From Kluyvera intermedia (lineage in GTDB: Bacteria > Pseudomonadota > Gammaproteobacteria > Enterobacterales > Enterobacteriaceae): a stretch of DNA of 40,000 nt. The stretch's first letter is position 1. The number at the start of each line of letters is the position of its first letter. A model generated the notes under the pieces. The model was not told where the DNA came from, searched no databases, and saw only the letters and a list, made by a program, of their open reading frames with translations. Both the position numbers and the translations under genes were made by a program. Shown in pieces: positions 30,523 through 40,000 of this stretch. The stretch is taken from positions 1,788,799 through 1,828,798 of the forward strand of contig NZ_CP139986.1 in assembly GCF_034424175.1 (NCBI RefSeq), in the 5' to 3' direction.

Positions 30523-30716
30523 CCAACGCCATTCATGGCCATATCAATGATTTTCTGGTGCGTACCGGGTTGAGAAGCGGTGTAAGTGAACTGCAGTTGC
30601 CATGTTTTACGGCAGTGAGAGCAGAGATAGCGCTGATGTCCGGCAGTGCTTTTGCCGTTACGCACCACCCCGTCAGTAGCTGAACAGGAGGGACAGCTGA
30701 TAGAAACAGAAGCCAC
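30441..30716 (-). CDS. insA: IS1 InsA (transposition inhibitor / N-terminal part of InsAB')
   Basis: 91 aa, [43 protein letters not shown]... with a zinc-finger-like CxxC...CxxC. Confidence 0.96.
   Translation of the reverse strand: MASVSISCPSCSATDGVVRNGKSTAGHQRYLCSHCRKTWQLQFTYTASQPGTHQKIIDMAMNGVGCRATARIMGVGLNTIFRHLKNSGRSR
30459..30465 (-). promoter_or_regulatory. IS1 programmed -1 ribosomal frameshift motif A6C
   Basis: The minus strand reads TTTAAAAAACTCAGG. The motif lies 18 nt upstream of the insA stop, in the insA/insB overlap, as in canonical IS1. Confidence 0.85.
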
Positions 30717-30771
30717 TGGAGCACCTCAAAAACACCATCATACACTAAATCAGTAAGTTGGCAGCATCACC

Positions 30772-30779
30772 GGATTTGA
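30772..30779. repeat. IS1 target-site duplication, right copy
   Basis: GGATTTGA is identical to 29996-30003. Confidence 0.9.
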
Positions 30780-31689
30780 TGTTGTGGCTTTTTTTGACAC
30801 ACAGACCCACGATATTGAAATAAATTCATTGCCTGTAATAAAAGATGTTGAGACCATCTGGAACCTGAGGCGCACTGGTGATGTTCATTATATTCTTGCT
30901 TTTGAATATACCGAGCTAGATAAAACACACTTCTGGTTACGTGAACTATCAAAACACAATTGCCGTTCTGTGACCGTGGTTCCTTCGTTTCGTGGTTTGC
31001 CATTATATAACACAGATATGTCCTTTATCTTTAGCCATGAGGTTATGTTGCTAAGGATTCAGAACAATCTTGCCAAACGTTCTTCTCGATTCATTAAGCG
31101 TACATTTGATATTCTTTGTTCATTAACGATTCTGTTAATCACGTCGCCGCTTATGATCTATCTTTGGTTCAAAGTCACGCGTGACGGCGGTCCGGCAATT
31201 TACGGTCATCAGCGAGTAGGGCGTCATGGTAAATTATTTCCATGCTATAAATTTCGCTCGATGGTGATGAACTCTCAGGAAGTGCTAAAAGATCTTTTGG
31301 ACAAAGATCCTGTGGCGAGGGCTGAGTGGGATAAAGATTTTAAATTGAAAAATGATCCACGCATCACATCCGTTGGCAGTTTTATTCGTAAAACAAGCCT
31401 TGATGAGTTACCGCAATTGTTCAATGTTTTGAAAGGAGAAATGAGTCTGGTCGGCCCACGACCTATCATTTCTGATGAGCTTGAGCGCTACTGTGATGAT
31501 GTTGATTATTATTTGATGGCAAAGCCAGGAATGACGGGCTTATGGCAGGTTAGCGGCCGTAATGATGTTGACTATGACACTCGCGTCTATTTCGATTCCT
31601 GGTATGTTAAAAACTGGACGCTCTGGAATGATATTGCCATTCTGTTTAAGACCGTGAAGGTGGTTTTACACCGCGATGGTGCGTATTGA
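30772..31689 (+). pseudogene. wbaP: wbaP 3' fragment (last TM plus catalytic galactose-1-P transferase domain), open in frame
   Basis: Frame continuity is ..ga|t gtt gtg gct ttt ttt gac.. = DVVAFFDTQTHDIEINSLPVIKD.... It carries the PHPT domain (GGPAIYGHQRVGRHGKLFPCYKFRSM...[21 protein letters not shown]...KPGMTGLWQVSGRND). The ORF track shows a 301-codon ORF from GTG 30784. Confidence 0.93.
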
Positions 31690-31845
31690 AAGCGATGGTA
31701 GTGACTAAAAATTATACATTGAATCGTTCTTGTATTTTGAGTGCATCAATTGCTACCTTCTTGCCTCGCCCCTGAGTTAACATGTTGTTCGTTTAAGCCC
31801 TCGGAGTCAGTTCCGCTGGGTTACCACACCTGACAGGAGTATGTA

Positions 31846-33252
31846 ATGTCCAAGCAACAGATCGGCGTTGTCGGTATGGCAGTGATGGGGCGCAATCTGG
31901 CGCTCAACATCGAGAGCCGTGGTTATACCGTCTCCATCTTTAACCGTTCCCGTGAAAAAACCGAAGAAGTTGTTGCCGAGAACCCAGGCAAGAAATTGGT
32001 GCCACATTACACGGTACAAGAATTCGTCGAGTCTCTTGAAACCCCACGTCGTATCCTGTTAATGGTGAAAGCGGGCGCGGGAACTGATGCTGCCATTGAT
32101 TCCCTGAAGCCATACCTTGATAAAGGCGACATCATTATTGATGGCGGCAATACCTTCTTCCAGGACACTATTCGCCGTAATCGTGAACTGTCTGCAGAAG
32201 GTTTTAACTTTATCGGCACCGGCGTATCTGGCGGCGAAGAAGGCGCCCTGAAGGGCCCATCTATCATGCCTGGTGGCCAGAAAGAAGCATACGAGCTGGT
32301 TGCTCCAATCCTGACTAAGATTGCTGCGGTTGCTGAAGATGGCGAACCGTGCGTGACCTATATTGGTGCGGACGGTGCGGGTCATTACGTGAAAATGGTT
32401 CACAACGGTATTGAATACGGCGATATGCAGCTGATTGCTGAAGCGTATTCTCTGCTGAAAGGCGGCCTGAACCTGTCTAATGAAGAGCTGGCTACCACTT
32501 TCACTGAGTGGAATGAAGGCGAGCTGAGCAGCTACCTGATCGACATCACCAAAGACATCTTCACCAAAAAAGATGAAGAAGGTAAATACCTGGTTGATGT
32601 GATTCTGGATGAAGCAGCGAACAAGGGTACCGGTAAGTGGACCAGCCAGAGCTCACTGGATCTGGGTGAACCGTTGTCTCTGATCACTGAATCCGTGTTT
32701 GCGCGTTACATCTCTTCTCTGAAAGAGCAGCGTGTTGCGGCATCTAAAGTGCTGTCTGGCCCACAGGCCAAACTGGCGGGCGATAAAGCTGAGTTTATCG
32801 AGAAAGTTCGTCGCGCTCTGTATCTGGGTAAAATCGTCTCCTACGCGCAAGGCTTCTCTCAGCTGCGTGCAGCGTCCGATGAGTATAACTGGGATCTGAA
32901 CTACGGCGAAATCGCGAAGATCTTCCGCGCGGGCTGCATCATTCGTGCTCAGTTCCTGCAGAAAATCACCGACGCCTATGCTGAAAATGCAGGCATCGCG
33001 AACCTGCTGCTGGCACCGTATTTCAAAAATATCGCTGATGAATATCAGCAGGCGCTACGTGATGTCGTCGCGTACGCTGTGCAGAACGGTATTCCGGTAC
33101 CAACGTTCTCTGCCGCCGTGGCTTACTACGATAGCTATCGTGCTGCGGTTCTGCCAGCGAACCTGATTCAGGCTCAGCGTGACTACTTCGGTGCGCACAC
33201 CTATAAACGTACTGATAAAGACGGTGTGTTCCACACCGAGTGGCTGGATTAA
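31846..33252 (+). CDS. gnd: 6-phosphogluconate dehydrogenase, decarboxylating
   Basis: 468 aa, [34 protein letters not shown]. Conserved leader ...ACCTGACAGGAGTATGTAATG. Confidence 0.97.
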   Translation: MSKQQIGVVGMAVMGRNLALNIESRGYTVSIFNRSREKTEEVVAENPGKKLVPHYTVQEFVESLETPRRILLMVKAGAGTDAAIDSLKPYLDKGDIIIDGGNTFFQDTIRRNRELSAEGFNFIGTGVSGGEEGALKGPSIMPGGQKEAYELVAPILTKIAAVAEDGEPCVTYIGADGAGHYVKMVHNGIEYGDMQLIAEAYSLLKGGLNLSNEELATTFTEWNEGELSSYLIDITKDIFTKKDEEGKYLVDVILDEAANKGTGKWTSQSSLDLGEPLSLITESVFARYISSLKEQRVAASKVLSGPQAKLAGDKAEFIEKVRRALYLGKIVSYAQGFSQLRAASDEYNWDLNYGEIAKIFRAGCIIRAQFLQKITDAYAENAGIANLLLAPYFKNIADEYQQALRDVVAYAVQNGIPVPTFSAAVAYYDSYRAAVLPANLIQAQRDYFGAHTYKRTDKDGVFHTEWLD

Positions 33253-33279
33253 TCTGAATTAGCTAACCACTAAATGCAG

Positions 33280-33306
33280 GCCCGGAGCGCTCCTTCGGGC
33301 TTTTTT
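33280..33306 (+). terminator. Rho-independent terminator after gnd
   Basis: GCCCG GAGCGCTCCTT CGGGC followed by TTTTTT. The loop contains the palindrome GGAGCGCTCC. Confidence 0.8.
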
Positions 33307-33462
33307 ATTGTCTGAAAACAGCATTCAGTCAGCTCTGATAGGCGCCGTTATACTGATTCGCGATATACTGGGGCCACATGTTGATCCGATAACACGATGT
33401 TGGGTCTCACGGCGGTAACACGCTTACCCTTAAATGTTTAACCGGAAGAAGTTACAGAGCGA

Positions 33463-34629
33463 ATGAAGATAACTATCTCAGGAACAGGTTACGTTGGCCT
33501 CTCGAACGGCATTTTGATCGCCCAACATCACGAAGTTGTGGCGCTGGATATCATTCAGGCCAAAGTCGACATGCTGAATCAGAAAATATCACCGATCGTC
33601 GACAAAGAGATTGAAGAGTATCTGGCGACGAAAACGCTGAATTTCCGTGCGACCACAGATAAGCATGACGCATACCGCGATGCCGATTTTGTGATCATCG
33701 CGACGCCAACCGACTACGATCCGAAAACAAATTACTTCAATACGTCGAGCGTTGAATCGGTTATTCGCGATGTTATCGAGATTAACCCGCATGCGACGAT
33801 GGTCATAAAATCTACCATCCCGGTCGGTTTCACTAAAGAGATTAAAGAAAGATTGGGTATCGACAACATCTTTTTCTCACCCGAATTTCTGCGTGAAGGT
33901 CGCGCCCTGTATGACAACTTGCACCCGTCACGTATTGTGATTGGTGAGCGCTCCGAACGTGCTGAGCGTTTCGCTTCGTTATTGCAGGAAGGGGCTCGGA
34001 AGAAAGATATCCCGACTCTCTTTACCGATTCTACTGAAGCGGAAGCCATCAAACTTTTCGCCAATACTTATCTGGCATTACGTGTGGCTTACTTTAACGA
34101 GTTAGACAGTTATGCGGAAAGCCTGGGTCTGGACTCTCGTCAGATTATTGAAGGGGTTTGTTTGGATCCGCGCATTGGTAACCATTACAACAATCCGTCG
34201 TTTGGTTATGGTGGCTACTGCTTGCCGAAAGATACCAAGCAACTTCTTGCTAACTACGCTGCGGTGCCAAATAACATTATCGGCGCGATTGTCGACGCTA
34301 ACCGTACACGTAAAGATTTTATTGCTGACTCTATCCTTGCTCGCCAGCCTAAAGTGGTCGGCATCTATCGCCTGGTGATGAAGTCGGGGTCTGATAACTT
34401 CCGCGCGTCCTCTATTCAGGGGATCATGAAGCGTATTAAGGCTAAAGGCATTCCGGTGATCATCTATGAACCAGCGATGAAAGAAGATGAATTTTTCAAC
34501 TCACGCGTAGTACGTAGCCTGGATGCTTTTAAGCAGGAAGCTGATGTGATTGTCTCCAACAGAATGGCGGAAGAGTTGGCGGATGTAGCAGACAAAGTTT
34601 ATACCCGCGATCTCTTTGGTAATGATTAG
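33463..34629 (+). CDS. ugd: UDP-glucose 6-dehydrogenase
   Basis: 388 aa, [30 protein letters not shown].... Catalytic region [14 protein letters not shown]. Confidence 0.96.
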   Translation: MKITISGTGYVGLSNGILIAQHHEVVALDIIQAKVDMLNQKISPIVDKEIEEYLATKTLNFRATTDKHDAYRDADFVIIATPTDYDPKTNYFNTSSVESVIRDVIEINPHATMVIKSTIPVGFTKEIKERLGIDNIFFSPEFLREGRALYDNLHPSRIVIGERSERAERFASLLQEGARKKDIPTLFTDSTEAEAIKLFANTYLALRVAYFNELDSYAESLGLDSRQIIEGVCLDPRIGNHYNNPSFGYGGYCLPKDTKQLLANYAAVPNNIIGAIVDANRTRKDFIADSILARQPKVVGIYRLVMKSGSDNFRASSIQGIMKRIKAKGIPVIIYEPAMKEDEFFNSRVVRSLDAFKQEADVIVSNRMAEELADVADKVYTRDLFGND

Positions 34630-34641
34630 ATTTTTTGACTG

Positions 34642-34671
34642 ATGCAATGCCCCAGCTAGGGGGCATTGCAT
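34642..34671 (+). terminator. 12-bp stem hairpin after ugd (terminator-like, weak U tract)
   Basis: ATGCAATGCCCC (34642-34653) pairs with GGGGCATTGCAT (34660-34671) around a 6-nt loop. Followed by GATTTATC. Confidence 0.55.
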
Positions 34672-34891
34672 GATTTATCATCACAATTGATTATTTTTCT
34701 AAAAAACGCCGTATTTTTTGCCTTATCAATAAATGAAGTTACACTTGATGGAAATGATAATCATCAGCAGCCAAAAATAGAGTCGTTATCTCTGATAACT
34801 CTGTCTTTTTTCTGGGTTAATTCTGATAGTAATTATTAGAATAATGTTTAGAATGGCAGGCTTTTATACCTTTATTTCAGTTAGGGTTTAT

Positions 34892-35875
34892 ATGACGCAA
34901 GCAAGTAACAGCGGAGCAGTGAAGGATCGTTCCGAACCAGAGCAAATCGATTTAATTGATTTAGTAGTGCAGCTTTGGCGTGGCAAAGTAACTATTATAG
35001 CCAGTGTCATGATTATCCTTATCCTGGCTGTGGCCTATCTGTTTGTAGCCAAAGAAAAATGGACTTCAACGGCCATTGTGACGCAACCGGATGCTGCACA
35101 AATAGCTACATACAGTATCGCTTTAAAAGTGCTCTATCCAGACGGCTCGGTCAAAATGGAGGAAGTCCAAAATCGAGTTGTTAGTCGCTTTTCCTCGGCG
35201 CTTTCGGCTCTCTCGAATGAGCTAGATAATCAAGATAAACCCGAAAAACTGACGGTAGATCAGGCTATTAAAGGACATGAATTACCTATTCAGATTACCT
35301 ATGTGGGCGGTAGTGCCCAAGAAGCACAGAAAACGTTGGCGCAGTATATCCAGAAGATTGATGAACAGGTCGCAGATGAACTGCATCTCGATTTGAACGA
35401 TAGCATCAAACAGCAAATCCTGACGCTGTCCTCCTCTTTAGAAACCCAGGAAACCGTTGCTGAAGAGCAACGTACTCTGCGCCTGAAACAAATTAAAGAA
35501 GCGTTGAAGTACGCGCAAGAAGCCAATATCGTCAAGCCACAGCAACAGCAGCCGCAGGATGTGACGCAAGATACTCTGTTCCTGCTGGGCAGCGAAGGGC
35601 TGAGCGCGATGATTAAAAATGAAGCGACTCGTCCGCTGGTCTTCCCGGGTAATTACTACCAGACAAAAAACAACCTGCTGGATATTGAGCGTATTAAAGT
35701 TGACCCGAAAACCATCCATGCCTATCGCTATGTGATGAAACCGGATCTTCCTATCCGCCGTGATAGTCCGAAACGCGCCATTGTGCTGGTGCTAGCCGTT
35801 CTATTAGGTGGCATGATTGGCTCCGGCATCGTACTTGGACGCAACGCACTCCGCGAGTACCGTAACCGCCACTAG
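34892..35875 (+). CDS. wzzB: O-antigen chain-length determinant (PCP-1 family)
   Basis: ATG 34892 (MTQASNSGAVKDRSEPEQIDLIDLVVQLWRGK...) gives 327 aa, like E. coli/Salmonella WzzB. N- and C-terminal TM segments are present, with the C-terminal motif PIRRDSPKRAIVLVLAVLLGGMIGSGIVLGRNALR. The ORF-track start at 34844 is unsupported. Confidence 0.93.
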   Translation: MTQASNSGAVKDRSEPEQIDLIDLVVQLWRGKVTIIASVMIILILAVAYLFVAKEKWTSTAIVTQPDAAQIATYSIALKVLYPDGSVKMEEVQNRVVSRFSSALSALSNELDNQDKPEKLTVDQAIKGHELPIQITYVGGSAQEAQKTLAQYIQKIDEQVADELHLDLNDSIKQQILTLSSSLETQETVAEEQRTLRLKQIKEALKYAQEANIVKPQQQQPQDVTQDTLFLLGSEGLSAMIKNEATRPLVFPGNYYQTKNNLLDIERIKVDPKTIHAYRYVMKPDLPIRRDSPKRAIVLVLAVLLGGMIGSGIVLGRNALREYRNRH

Positions 35876-35893
35876 CGCCACGGTATCGTGAAA

Positions 35894-35930
35894 AAAACAG
35901 GCCCGCCAGCATCTGCTCCGGGCCTGTTTT
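35894..35930. terminator. Bidirectional Rho-independent terminator shared by convergent wzzB and the his operon
   Basis: AAAACAGGCCCG (35894-35905) pairs with CGGGCCTGTTTT (35919-35930). A-run upstream and T-run downstream. Lies between the wzzB stop (35875) and the hisI stop (35932). Confidence 0.85.
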
Positions 35931-35931
35931 G

Positions 35932-36524
35932 TTATTTATGTCGGTCCCGCAAATTCTCAATCACCGCCGTCAAATCCAACTCTTGATCCTGCAGCAGTAC
36001 CAGCAGGTGATACATCAAGTCCGACGCTTCATTTTTGAGCTCAAACTTATCATGCACCGTTGCCGCCAGTGCAGTCTCAACGCCTTCTTCACCCACTTTC
36101 TGCGCAATACGCTTAGTCCCGCTAGCATACAGCTTGGCGGTGTAAGAGCTGTCCGGGTCGGCGTTTTTACGCTCGGCCAGCAGTTGTTCTAACTGATACA
36201 GGAACAGCCACTGGTGGCTGGTATTGCCAAAGCAGCTTGAAGTCCCTTTATGGCAGGTGGGGCCGATCGGATTCACCAGTACCAGCAGAGTATCGTTATC
36301 GCAGTCTGGGGCGATGCTCACCACGTTCAGGAAGTTGCCGGAAGTTTCGCCTTTGGTCCATAGACGCTGCTTAGTGCGCGAGAAAAAGGTCACTTTGCCC
36401 GTTTCCTGCGTTTTCACCAATGCTTCCTGGTTCATATAGCCCAGCATTAACACTTCGCCGGAAACCGCATGTTGGATAATGGCGGGCATCAGTCCGTCGG
36501 TTTTTTCCCAGTCCAGTTGTTCAG

Positions 36525-36531
<7 letters not shown>
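35932..36531 (-). CDS. hisI: Bifunctional phosphoribosyl-AMP cyclohydrolase / phosphoribosyl-ATP pyrophosphatase
   Basis: 199 aa, [34 protein letters not shown].... It appears 4 residues shorter near the N-terminus than the E. coli/Salmonella protein I remember (MLTEQQRRELDWEK...); this is from memory and unverified. Confidence 0.95.

Positions 36532-40000
<3,469 letters not shown>

Larger units (their letters stand above)
30004..30771 (-). mobile_element. Complete IS1 element (768 bp), transposase genes on the minus strand
   Basis: Termini are GGTAATGACTCCAACTTATTGAT (30004-30026) and, in reverse complement, GGTGATGCTGCCAACTTACTGAT (30749-30771), the canonical IS1 IRR and IRL. Intact insA and insB and the A6C slippery site are present. 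Length is exactly 768 bp. Confidence 0.97.

Noticed and set aside
30053-30683. Plus-strand ORFs inside IS1 (30053-30343, 30304-30573, 30468-30683)
   Set aside because: They are antisense to the canonical insA and insB reading frames of IS1. No function is known for them and they are not needed to explain the element.
33349-33440. Possible regulator sites upstream of ugd: a direct repeat TATACTG at 33349-33355 and 33364-33370, and a single TGTTTA (PhoP-box-like half-site) at 33435-33440
   Set aside because: Only one TGTTTA half-site is present, with no second hexamer at N5 spacing, and it lies about 25 nt from the start codon. The TATACT repeats may just be alternative -10 hexamers. No PmrA-type CTTAAT-N5-CTTAAT was seen. 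Too weak to call.
34785-34799. Small palindrome GTTATC-tct-GATAAC upstream of wzzB
   Set aside because: A 6-3-6 palindrome in AT-rich promoter DNA is expected by chance. It does not extend further and matches no operator consensus that I recognise.

Overview
This window is an enterobacterial surface-polysaccharide super-locus of the Salmonella/Citrobacter/Escherichia type. Every gene except those in the last ~4 kb and the IS1 genes is on the + strand. Order, left to right: (1) the distal half of the colanic-acid operon (wcaI 5'-truncated, cpsB/manC, cpsG/manB, wcaJ, wzxC, wcaK, wcaL, wcaM); (2) galF; (3) an AT-rich intergenic region with a 39-bp JUMPstart element and ops site; (4) an O-antigen cluster of about 19 kb: rmlBDAC (dTDP-rhamnose), ddhDABC plus an abe-like reductase (CDP-3,6-dideoxyhexose), wzx, GT2, wzy, a GT-B-like transferase, a GT2 rhamnosyltransferase-like gene, a second manC/manB pair and wbaP; (5) gnd, ugd, wzzB; (6) the convergent distal his operon on the minus strand (hisC 3' end, hisB, hisH, hisA, hisF, hisIE). 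The one clear structural abnormality is a complete 768-bp IS1 with an 8-bp target duplication inside wbaP, the O-unit initiating transferase. It splits wbaP into a 4-TM N-terminal fragment and an in-frame C-terminal catalytic fragment. Secondary points: an in-cluster wzy in an otherwise Salmonella group-B-like gene order, marked G+C mosaicism, a G9 tract inside wcaI, a perfect 21-bp GC hairpin between cpsG and wcaJ, and a REP with a decayed copy. I saw no tRNA, rRNA, CRISPR, prophage or recognisable defence or toxin system. I found no convincing evidence for a wholly undescribed system. The IS1-split wbaP and the possibly hybrid serotype-specific core are the items most worth following up. Homology statements rest on reading the translations and on remembered reference sequences; no searches were run.
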